Shown: piece after piece, positions 11,751-23,363 of the stretch
How positions within the stretch are numbered: the stretch's first letter is position 1
How the letters are laid out: every line of letters begins with the position of its first letter
Assembly: GCF_003918875.1 (NCBI RefSeq)
Contig: NW_025765979.1
Coordinates: 126 to 64,000, forward strand
Reading direction: 5' to 3'
Source of the DNA: Haliotis rubra
Lineage: Eukaryota
DNA length: 63,875 nt
Translations under genes and position numbers: made by a program
The notes under the pieces: model-generated
What the model was told of the DNA's origin: nothing
Seen by the model: the letters and a program-made list of their open reading frames with translations, nothing else
The model's database searches: none

Positions 11751-13279
11751 GCTCGAGATCTAGGTCGTAGTATATCATATTCAATAAGACCAGACTATAT
11801 ATACATGTATATGAGGTGGAGTCTCTACATACTCTCGTCTTATTGAATTTACCACGTCCCGGACCAAGACCCGATTCTCGCGGAAGCCGCGGTGGCTGCG
11901 TTGGACGACTGACTTTTTTTGTATGCTGGCGATTAGGTGCCGGCACTGAGGGTGTGGGTTTCGAATCCCGCATGGGGATTCAACCCAACAAAAGTACTAC
12001 AATGTGTACTTTACCGCGAAAGTGCAATCCCAAATATAACATATGTTATGAGACCCGATTCGTTCAGTATTTCGTTTTACATTTCTGACATAAAGTTATA
12101 CCGAGGAATCACTTACAGAAAATCAACACTTTCATGTGATGTCGAATAAGATGAATATAAGGATACTGTAATGCGTCTAATAAATCTAAATTCATAAGAT
12201 TTCTTATTTATTTATCACGGTGGTGGTGGTGGTGGTTATATGAGATAACATTATGTCCTATGATAACTACACTTCATTCTGTGTTCAAACTGATTGCTGC
12301 GGATCGATGATATTTCTGATTGTGCTAGTGTAACCCGATGATGTTGATCATAGCATCTACCGTTGGATTCTCTGTGTTGACTCAAGTCTGATAGATGATT
12401 AGATAAAGCACCGAGGATAGATTACAATGAACCAGCTGATTATGCATGTGTTAACAGTGTATCATATACCCTGTAGAAAGATTCGTGGCAATCAAGAGAT
12501 TTGCACAGGTAATATATATTAAACTAGACGCCAAAACCTGAATATAATAGAAGTGATTTCTGTCTATTCCTACTCATCATTAATCTTCTTGGCAAATTTA
12601 CACAGGAGAAAAGCTCAGACGACATGACTAGGAAAACCCAGGTCTCCCAGTTTCAACTTCAATGCTCCAAATGTGAATAACCCACGAAAGACCTGTGTTC
12701 CGTGAACGGATGTGGGATTTCCTCTGACGTATCCTCTAATAGGAGTCACATTGCGATAAGTCAACATTAGATGCAGTGCTCTCGCTATCCTAACGACACA
12801 TGAGTATGCCCGCTGTTGACTAGGTGTAGAAACGCTGCAGGTGAGAATGTAGTTTGAATTCCACAATTTGAATTCATTTATTCTACATTATAAACTCAAA
12901 CAGAGCCACTGGCGCAGTTGTATTTCTATTAAGAAATCATTTATTTTGTGTGAATGTGAGTGTTAATATGTTTATGAGGTACTGACAAAAATATTAACAA
13001 ATTCAACACCTACAACAAAGTTGATCATTCAACAAAATGGTAACTTCGTGCAGATGACATTTTCATCTATTTTGACAAAACTCTAAGGGCCGTTTGAAGA
13101 CGACATGTCAGTTACAGGTGTTCCGCTTTAGACTTCATCCCCATCAGCCTGCGCTTGTCACACGAATCGACTGATTTGATTGCATGTTTTGCTTGATGAC
13201 TTAGTTGAAACAGTCATGGAATGGCAGCGTCGGTTCTGGACTATTTGTCTATTTGTCTATTTGTCTACTTGGTCGATGT

Positions 13280-13518
13280 TGGTTGGTTGTTGTGTTTCTT
13301 TAACGCCGCAATAACAGAATTAATCCAGCTTCATTGCAGCTGTTTGTAGATAATCGAGTCTGGACCAGACAGTCCAGTGATCAACAGCATGAGCACTGAT
13401 CTTCGCATTTGGGATACGATGACATGTGTCAACCACGTCAGCGAGCCTGACCACCCGATCCCGTTAGTTGCCTCTTATGGGTTGCTGAAGGTCAATTCTA
13501 GTCCGAATCTTCACGGAT
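13280..13518 (-). mobile_element. SINE-like family B copy (diverged)
   Basis: Matches 9175-9422 in reverse; CAAC-repeat tail. Confidence 0.85.
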
Positions 13519-14159
13519 CTATTTGGTAGAGGTTCATTGAGGCATTCAGTAAAGGGCTTTCATGAGTGGGAACAGTTTAGTTTATAAATGAATTACTTCA
13601 ACAGCGTACAATCAGTTGCATGAATCTTTTTGGGAAAGCTTTCAAAAAGTTGTATGCATATGTAGGGGACGTTTCCACTTTCGACACAAAGAGTGACATG
13701 TAAGATGTCCGATGGAAACCATTATTTTGACATGCACCATATGTTAATGTTAATAATAATATTCTTCGGATATGCATTGCATGCGTTTCTGGTAGGTGTT
13801 AACTGTGCAACAGGAAATGCGAACATGTTTCGGGAACACTGGGTGTCATAACTTGATCATTCACAAACACATACTCAACATATAGTGGGGAATCGACTCC
13901 ACTCTGGTCGGACATGTTTTACGATAACAGAACGAATTGTGTCGTTGTAACGTGACAAGAGCAACGCTTCAGACACTACAACACTTCAAGCGACACTTGA
14001 AGTTGTTCGAAGAGATAATTCCCGAGTTTATCTATATTTAGGGCTAACCGGCCAAGCAAAGCTGGCTTGAGGAGGAAGGTCAACTGTTAAATGTCACGAA
14101 TAAGTCAGTTGAAGTCTTCCTTTGTGTACTTATGAAACATACACTCTTCCTTCTGTATG

Positions 14160-14252
14160 TTTGGTACAATAATGTGAAATCCATTCCTGAGTGTCCCCGC
14201 CGTGACACTGCTGGAATATTGCTAACAGCGGCGCAAACTAAACTCACTCACT
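14160..14252 (+). mobile_element. SINE family A, 3' fragment
   Basis: GTGTCCCCGCCGTGA..GCTGGAATATTGCTAA..GCGGCG..CTCACTCAC tail. Confidence 0.75.
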
Positions 14253-14953
14253 CCTTCTGCTTGTAAATCAATGTATTAAGGGGCAATCAGTGCTTCTCAA
14301 AGACATGTATTTTTGTATTCGCTACCAGTATAGATTCTATAGCGTGAAAATCAACCTTTTGTCATCATGGCCCGCCAAAGCCATCATATTTATACCAAAT
14401 CTCGAGTATACCATGGATGTTCGGGCAAGTTCGCTATTTGTGCGTTTGTCATACTTTATAAATAAGTACATAAGCTGCCCGATCACAGGACAAACGGTAC
14501 TGATTCGTTGTATCCGCGCTGCAAGTACGCATGTATACGTCCAATATACGCGGTTCATAGCTCGTGCCTGGAGATCAGCGTATTGCCGTGTATGGAATGA
14601 ACAAACTTACACAAAACGATTGAGATGAATATGCGGTGGGTATTGTGCGTAAGACTGCGTATGAAAGAAATGTCAATGCGCAAGTCATAAGGAATTAGGA
14701 TACGCAGAAGTGTGACAGAGTCCTAAGATCCATGAGGAGACGTTGTGTGGCTGTAAGATACCCTACAGGAGGCCAGAACCCTTACTGAAGACCTTAGTCG
14801 AAATGTTCTCCACGCTGTGAACTTCATTCTGGAGGGTACCTTGATAAATGACATATAAGTATACACCTTCAATAAAAGCTTCGCAGGTTACAAACGAAAC
14901 AATCATAGGACTATTGTGCTAATTTCAGCATTTGTTTCATGATTTCAGATAAG

Positions 14954-17587
14954 ATGTTGCTGTGCGTCCTGTGCTTGCTCCTTGCCTGCCTTTCTCTGAC
15001 TCAAGGGAAACAATTGTACATCTCCTGTAAGCCTTGTGTATGTAGGGTCACACCCAATGGAAAGTTGATCGCCAATTGTAAGGGCAAACATCTATCTAAC
15101 ATCCCCAAACAGATTCCAAATTCAGTATCATACCTGTGTTTGTCTCACAACAGTATTAAGCATCTGCCAGGTGGCTCGTTTCAACGGTTCTCTGCTTTGG
15201 AACGTCTTGATCTGTCTTTCAATCAACTGAAAAGATTGGATGTACACACTTTTGCAGGAGCTACAAATCTGCTACATTTGAACCTCAATGGAAACCATCT
15301 CCAACTTAACGAATCAGCATATCCAGAGGGCATATTTAGAGAGCAGAAAAATTGCTTACGCTGAACATCGCAAACAACAACAAGATCGCAGATTCAGTAT
15401 ACCCAGATAAAGCGCTTGGTGATCTTACTGCTCTTCAGAGACTTTTCATTGACGGTGTTCGGAATGCCTCGTTTGGGACTGGATTTTTGAAACTGAAGAA
15501 TCTTACTACGCTGTCGTTATCAGGCAAAAGGGGCCACTGCTCCGTTCAAACCCTGTTGAATACATCATTTCTCTACACTCCATCTGTCAGGAACCTGGAC
15601 ATAAGCAAATGTAGAATCAACTATATTGAAGCAAGTGCATTCTGGCCATTAAGGCAGATTGATACACTCGATGTATCTGACAATCAATATCTAGGGTTTG
15701 ATCGCATGGGTGAAGCTATATATGGACTTCAAGGAAATTCTTCTCTAAGAGTTTTAAAGATCAACAGAATAGTGAAAACATTTGCCATTGGGGTTCACCT
15801 AAAGAAACACAATACGATATATTTCAGTGATCTTAATTTAAAAGAGATTCATATTGGTGCAAATAGATTGGAACTCATAGACCAGGAATGCATTGGTCAC
15901 ATGAAAACAGTGGAAATAATATCCATGAATCACAATAGAGTGACATTCGGATCCTTTCTCCTGAGTCTCAATACACTGACAAATCTGCGGAAAATGTATG
16001 CTTATAACCAGTATTCATCTAATATCCCCTTCAATCAAGTTGATGCAATTAGAGGCACAATCCTCTCCCCAAACCGCTGCCCTCATCTGAACCACAGCCA
16101 ATGGTTCAATATTCACATAACAGCATCCATGCCTGTGAACAATGTGAGGCACATTGCAGTAATGGCCTTTCGTACCGTAACCATCATAATAGTCCCTATA
16201 ATGATGCAAAAAATGACCAAACCAGTATCTTAGGTCTTGTTTTTCATATACCACTACCTCCAAATGCAACCTATGTAAATGTTAGCAACAGCAAATTGAA
16301 CTATGATATTGTTGAGCTCAACTTTCTAACAAACCAATTTAAAACTATTGACATTTCACACAATGTCTTTCCAAACTGGATAGGTCCAATAAATGAAAGT
16401 CAAACATTTGAATATTTAGATCTCTCAGACAATTACTGTAAATATGTATCTCACAGATTTTTTATGTATGCTGATGGACTAAAAGTCTTAAATATAAGTC
16501 GAAATTACCTATCAGTGTCCCTTCTAGCGGACACAAATGGGCAGATATTTGGCAACCAAACAAACTTGGAAGTCATACGAATCTCACACAATCTTATTCG
16601 GGAACTGCCGTCATTAATATTTAGAAGACTTACCAGACTTGAGGTTATTGATTTAAGCTGGAACATGATGGCCTCCTGGAACATTGAAATTAGGCACATG
16701 CCGCACCTCCATACCTTAGACATCTCCGGAAACAGGTATGAAGGCATTCCAACACACCTGACAAATCAAATTGACTATATCATGAGTAATAGAAACGACA
16801 CTTTTCATCTCAGCATCAAGGGTAACATCTTGAAATGTGATTGTTCGACACTGGAGTCATTAGAATGGATTACAAGGCCGTTTATTTCCATTGAAGATCC
16901 TGGCAGCACAAAATGCACCTTATCAGATGGGGAAACCATTTCATTTATAGATATAGAAAATGTTAAAGCCAAGCTCCAAGTACGTTGCAAAATAGTTATT
17001 CCCCTCCTGTCTTCAGCAGTAGTAGAATACTGCTTTCCATGTTGATATTTGGAGCTGGTATGGTGTACCGATATCGATGGAAGCTACGCTATCTGTACTA
17101 CACCACAAGACGGAAGTACAGGGGGTATCAAAGACTTGGACAAGAAGAAGACCATTTTACTTATGATGCCTTTGTTTCCTATGCTGAGGCAGACAGAGGT
17201 TTCGTCGTTGAAGAAATGCGGGCTGTTCTAGAGAGAACCTACGGCTTGAGGTTGTGCATCCATGACCGTGACTTCATGGTTGGTGAAGCCATCACCGCCA
17301 ACATCATCAATGCTATTCAGTCAAGCAGGAAGACCATTGCTGTTTTGTCACCTAGCTTTGCAAAGAGCTCCTGGTGTGACTATGAAGTTCACATGGCCAA
17401 GTTGGAGAGCATCCACACTGGAAGAGATGTCCTGTGTGTGTTGTGGTATACCGATGTACCGGACACTAGAATCCTCAGTAGAGATATTCGGGACATGATT
17501 GAGTATGATACGTATATTAAGTATCCTACACAAGAAAATGACAAAGAAGAGTTTTGGACGAAAATCAAAGCTGCAATCAGCTTTTAA
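14954..17587 (+). CDS. Toll-like receptor (single cysteine-cluster type), one coding exon, three frameshifts (~15350, ~16070, ~17005-17040)
   Basis: Signal peptide MLLCVLCLLLACLSLTQG; LRRNT CKPCVC..NC; many LxxLxLxxN repeats; LRRCT GNILKCDC; TM then YRYRWKLRY; TIR box1 YDAFVSY, LCIHDRDF, SSWCDYE, FW. Splice acceptor TTTCAG just before the ATG. Confidence 0.95.
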
Positions 17588-18889
17588 GACTGATGCATCT
17601 GACGTTAAATGCTTTTGTATGATGAGATTAAGTGTGATCAGTCCAGCTGGCATCAGTTTCTTGGATATTAAAAGACTTGATCGGATTGTCAGCAATACAG
17701 GCAAACATGTGCAGCTCACATGACATATATACAGTTCTACTCATTGAACTTGAACATGATTCACTCATACTTCCCACGAATGGTGATTGGAAGTGTAGGA
17801 GACATCGAGGATCAAAATGCGTAACATGCTAAATTATAAAAGTGGAAACACTTATTACGAGACACAACTTGTCTGTGGGGAATGGGAACCTGTTTTAAAC
17901 TATGTATAATAATCGAAGGTTGTTAAAGAATTATCCAACAAAGTTACATCCATACCCAAGTGTCCTCAAAGGAGGGAAGTGCGTATGAATACAAATTTGA
18001 AATAATCGTCACGATTGCATACAGCTTGGCGAGCTGCTTGGTGAGGGTCAGGTTGTGATTGTGTTGATGCAGAGTGCTTGCTTATGATAGCAGGAATGAC
18101 ATGTTGGGCCAAACAGGATTATTGCCGGCTTCAGCCGTCTACAAATGACTAATTTCATCTCCGTGGATTAACAAGCGGCGACGTTTAACCAGCACACGTG
18201 ACACTGTAACATAAGAAAGTTTGAGACTCAAATGTTTAGTTAGCTAGTTCAGCCCATCTACCTGACTGGATTTCTTACAAAACTGACCAAATTGTTCAAT
18301 AGGTATTTCAACAGCATCCGCACGTTACTGTCAATCTAGCACACTTTTGTACATATATGCTTTTCACGAATGGAAATATATCCCAGATACGCTCTTTAGA
18401 TAATCTCTTTTCATGCACGTTGTTTTCAGTGAATGAGTGAGTGAGTGAGTTAAAATATAAAGTCACTTTGGCAATATTTCAGCCATATCGTGACTTCAGT
18501 GAATGAACAGGGATAGGGAAACAAGTTGTTACAGTTAATGTCAACACCTCTCCCATGTAACATGTCATATAGTTCGAATTGTAATGTCACTGCATGCTTT
18601 ATATTATTGTGTTAATTAACAATTGTATGTAAAACAGAAACACTCATGTATTGTGTATTTGTATTTTAGTTAAATCTATCAAATGAACACATATGTAAGT
18701 AACTGGTCATGATCAGCTACAAGTTTTTATTTCGGAATAATTCATTGCACTGAGGATAATGTGCAAATTCAAGTTACTTAAGTATTTGAAGCTTTTAAAA
18801 GTTGTGACTTTGTGGTAATATTTTCAGAAGTGTGAATTATCCTTTTTCATTCATAATGCTGTCCATATTATAGCAATAGGAATAATATT

Positions 18890-19741
18890 CAGTTACATTA
18901 AGCTTCTACAAACAGTATCCGTCTAAATTGATTTGTATATATGGGTTTTCTAACGAATGATTTATATCCATTATATGGCCATCCCTTTGCACAAGATGCA
19001 ACAAAATTTTGTGTAAATCTATCTACAACAAGGACATTCAATATTATGAGAAACTGGTAACTGATTATGTATTACTTGTATTATGTGAGTAATTTTGTGT
19101 CAATGAATGTAACTAAGTAATGAAATAATCCATTCTTGATTAACGTTGTAAATAACCGTAGGAATCAATGAAAGGAAGCATTCGAAAGTAATACCGGGAA
19201 GGACAACGGCTGCATATCAGTCAAATGTTCGACACTCGTGTTTCGTGACTGTTTGTTATGTTTCCTGTTTATGTGGTATCACCTGATCAACCCTACCACG
19301 TGACTGATGGCGGGGAAGTATTTGGTTCCTTTAAGTATCACTAATAGATAGTACCATTTTGGTTTGTCGAAAACTTGCATTGAAAGATTTTAAAAGCTGT
19401 TGGTAATATTGTCATATTTTTAGCTGCAGTGAAATACCCATTTATCACTGATAAGAGTTTCCAGATCATCACCATGGGAATATACATACAGTTAAGATAA
19501 GCTTCTACGAACAGTATTCGGTTACATTGATTGTGTACATATGGGTTTTGACGAATGATTTATATCCTTTATTTGGCCATCATTTGCAGAAGATGAAACA
19601 AAATCATCAAAATCTATCTATTAAAAGGACATTCAATATTATGTGAAACCTGTAACTAATCATGTGTGGCTTGTATTATGTGAGCAAAATGCATCAGTTC
19701 TCGATTACCTTTATAAACAACCGTATGAATCAATGAACGGA
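18890..19741 (+). repeat. Local diverged direct duplication (~18890-19175 and ~19490-19741)
   Basis: Both start CAGTTA..TAAGCTTCTAC and share ACGAATGATTTATATCC, AGGACATTCAATATTATG, AACCGTA.GAATCAATGAA. Confidence 0.85.
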
Positions 19742-19964
19742 CACAGTCGGAGTTAATACAAAAAGCAATTCCTTTTGCAAACTTGCCTATTATTTTGTTG
19801 GATTAGTTTTTTATGAATTTCTGATGATCAATGATGCTGAATCATGTCCTGTATGTTAAATGCTTTCATACAGTTCAGTTGATATAGAAGGAATTTTCCA
19901 GTCTCTTACTTCTATCACTACGTTGATATTGTTGGCTGGTTGTATTCACGCCAGCTAAAGCAAC

Positions 19965-20230
19965 CCGGAAATGAGTATGGCGAAACCATACTACGCTTGG
20001 TTTATTGGCCAAGCGGACTTCCTGCTCAGTCCAAATTATATAGCAATGTTTTTACGTGTAACTACCTTATCGGGCCGACACTTTGGTCCGAAATCCGACA
20101 TAATGAGAGTCCGAGATACAAAACATTTTATTATGACAACAAAGAAGGATTACGTCGGGACCGTGAGTTTAGTCCTGTTTATACAGCAATCCGAGAAAGA
20201 CAGGGTCCGAGTTTGACAGAGTGCACTGTA
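19965..20230. mobile_element. Probable MITE fragment (Tc1/pogo-type end)
   Basis: Repeated GTCCGA motifs ending in GTCCGAGTTTGACAGAGTGCACTGTA; the opposite TIR was not found. Confidence 0.45.
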
Positions 20231-21159
20231 GATAATAAGCAAGAAGTGGTTATCCTTTAACAGTGAACCTCTTTAAACTTTAGGCCTTTTTGTACATATT
20301 ACCTAATGCTGCATAGTTACATTCAAACTCACATTTCGCTTCATGATGCAAGTCATTGCTTCTGTTTCAACATGTCTGTTTCAAAATTTGATCTTTTGTA
20401 TATTACACTGTGACACATTTATGAACCTTTTTACTCATAACCATCTCCCTTTCTTTCATCAACTCTTCCAAAAGGAAAGAAATGTCCACTTCTTTAAACA
20501 TCACCTCCATCACTATTGCTCACCCAGTCTCCTGTGTTCATGCATTTAGAATGATAATATCACTAACTGCAAACATTCTGATAATACCGCCACAGTTATA
20601 ACCACTTTATGCAAAGATTTAGTTTTGTAGTTTCATATTACCTTCCATATATTTCTGTAGCTTACTGTTATCATCAACAGTGCATAGTATGCTCTTATAC
20701 TGTCACTATTCAGTGTTTGACTCTTTCTTCTGTAGTTCACCGTATATACGGTTTGTACGGGCGTTTTTATTTAATAAACTTTTCAACTCATGGTTGCATT
20801 GCTTTGCTTGACAATTTTGTATATGAGATTTACTGGGCAAGGACCTTTTGATGCGTTGCATCAATGTACACTTCCATTGTCTGAGTCAGGAAGTAGACTC
20901 TCAAAGTAGGTGACAATATATTGTGATGTGTTTGTAGTAACCGGACTGACCTCTAAAATCAACGTTCATGTTGTTATTTACATGGGCAATCCCTAAGAAC
21001 TAAATACCTAATAATATCTACATCATGTAAGTAAATAATTTGATCCACAAAAATATGTATCATGTTAAAAGGACACCAATTATTATAATAGATACTGATG
21101 GTACTTGTTGCTATTCTTCCGGGTGCTCGGCTATAAGAAAAATAGAAATATTTACTGAT

Positions 21160-21225
21160 CGAGCACGCACGCACTCACGCGGGCACACACGCACGCACGC
21201 GCACGCACGCACGCACGCACACAAT
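21160..21225. repeat. (CACG)n microsatellite
   Basis: GCACGCACGC... run. Confidence 0.85.
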
Positions 21226-21412
21226 CACAATCAAACATGCTTACTTATGGAGGCGACGTTAAACCAAGTTGTACTTCAGCTGCAAACTAGAATGTGGGCG
21301 GTTCCGTTCCTCGCCACTCAACATCAATGACGTTCACAAATGTTACTTGTTGGTTCCCTGCCTAGCATTCGGCATGACGGGATGAGGACCTGTTGGCTAG
21401 GAGACCATACTA

Positions 21413-22928
21413 TACTGAGTCAAAAAAGAAACTTCACAAAATGTAATTTGAAAAATAATGAATAATTTTTTTCCGATGATACATCTATCTATCCGAAATG
21501 GGATCCCTATCTTTCGACTCTAGAAAAAACGTTAGCAAAACCCGCTCAAACCCATCCATTCGTCGTGCAAATGATGTAAGTGTCAAATCAGGTTTTGCAC
21601 ATGCAGTCGATCACGTGATCTTCGCATCGAAGTTTTCTTGATATGCACGTGTTTGCATTGGCCTCAAGAACTGAAAAAAACACTTTTAAACCACAGTTCT
21701 TACGGTACTTGAAATGCCACGATTGTCAAATGTGCAACGTGAACGTGCCGTTGGCATGTTGCAAGCGGGAAGATCAGTTATTGACGTCGCAAGAGCAATG
21801 GGATGCAGCCGTCGTACTGTAAATGACTTGCGAGGCCGTCTACAACAAATTGGCACCACTTCTGATCGCCCAAGGTCGGGTCGTCCACGTGTGACGTCAC
21901 GAGCAGAAGACCGTCAAATCGTCCTACGTCACCTACGTGGTAGATTTCTGCCGGCTACACGAACCAGGGCTGAGATGTTTAGAGGTTGACTGTCCTAACA
22001 GACCATTCGAAATGGGTTGCGCACTGCCAATCTCCATTCTCGACGTCCATATCGTGGGCCAATATTGACGACGTTTCATCAACGTCAACGTCTGCTGTGG
22101 GCCCAACGTCACCTCCGATGGACCCAGAGAGACTGGAATCGAGTCGTCTTTAGCGCTGAATCCAGGTTTACCCTCAAATTCGCGGACGGAGACGACGTCT
22201 TGAACGGTATGCCCAATGTTGTGTACAGGAAGTCGACAGATTCGGGGGCGGAAGTTGCATGGTGTGGGGTGCTTTCTGTGGGAACAACCGTTCCCGACTT
22301 CTGGTCATCCGTGGAAACCTCACAGCTGCTGTTTACCGCGACCAGGTGCTCACCCCTGAACTCGTTCCTTTCATGGCGGCTCATGGCCCAGGTCTACAGT
22401 TCCAGCATGATAATGCTCGGCCGCATACCGCGATGTTGACACGAAATTTCCTTCAAAACGCTGGAATCAACGTCATGGACTGGCCATCGAGGTCCCCTGA
22501 CCTTAATCCAATAGAGCACGTTTGGGATGCACTTGGGACAAGGCTTCGTGGTCTTAGGAACCAACCTCAGAATTTGCAGGAACTTGGCGCTGCCTTGCAA
22601 GAGCAATGGCGCAGAATCCCCAACCACGTGTTCACAAGCATCAGGCCGTCGATGAGTAGACGGTGTTTGGCAGTGGTGAATGCGCGGGCAGCCATACACG
22701 ATATTGAACTGAGAAATTTCGCATTTTTATTCTTGTGACTTGACATTCTGTATACCCATGTTTTGGAACGGCGGTGTAGCCTAATGGAACTGATTATGGC
22801 ACTGTCAGTGTATCGAGTACATCACACAGATCTCAGCAATGAAATAATAACAATTTAACCATCTTACTATCTCTTGTTCTTTTATAGTGCCCTGAAGAAA
22901 GAATGTGAAGTTTCTTTTTGACTCAGTA
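21413..22928 (+). mobile_element. Full-length Tc1 (DD34E-type) transposon, defective transposase 21714-~22720
   Basis: TIRs TACTGAGTCAAAAAAGAAACTTCACA / TGTGAAGTTTCTTTTTGACTCAGTA, TA TSD; HTH region, GRPRVT, FSAESRF (D to A), FQHDNARPH, SPDLNPIEHVW; stop and frameshifts. Confidence 0.95.
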
Positions 22929-23363
22929 TATATCTGAGTGGAGTATTCACGTTAAACTGCGACCTGGTATCTGGCTGGGCTGTTATCATCAAACCGACGT
23001 TAGTAAGGGGGAGGGCAAGCACAATACACAAAACAAACAATCAATTCCGAGTGTCATGTTAGTGTGCGGCCACCAGACGTATCTTAATAAATACGGATCC
23101 CACAGCCTGAGACGTAAAATCAGTTCGACAATGACATGAAACAGCAATGTCCATAACGTTTGATACTGTTCACCCAGGAAACACTCTAATCATTACTCTT
23201 CCTGAAGATCTAACCATCATTACTTGTACAAACCCTCTGGGTGACTTGCTTGTGGGAACTTCATATCAAGGATGAGTAACAAGACTAAGTCCCAAAACAC
23301 AAACGTTAAAGAGCCTTTGTAAATAATTTATTTAAACGTAATAGGAAAATAATGCTGGTTCAG

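Noticed and set aside
11770-11990. Short inverted repeat (ATTCAATAAGAC/GTCTTATTGAAT) and a B-box-like GTTTCGAATCCC
   Set aside because: Too short and isolated to define an element; probably a repeat fragment.
16015-17719. Antisense and alternate-frame ORFs over the TLR
   Set aside because: Shadow ORFs of a real coding sequence.
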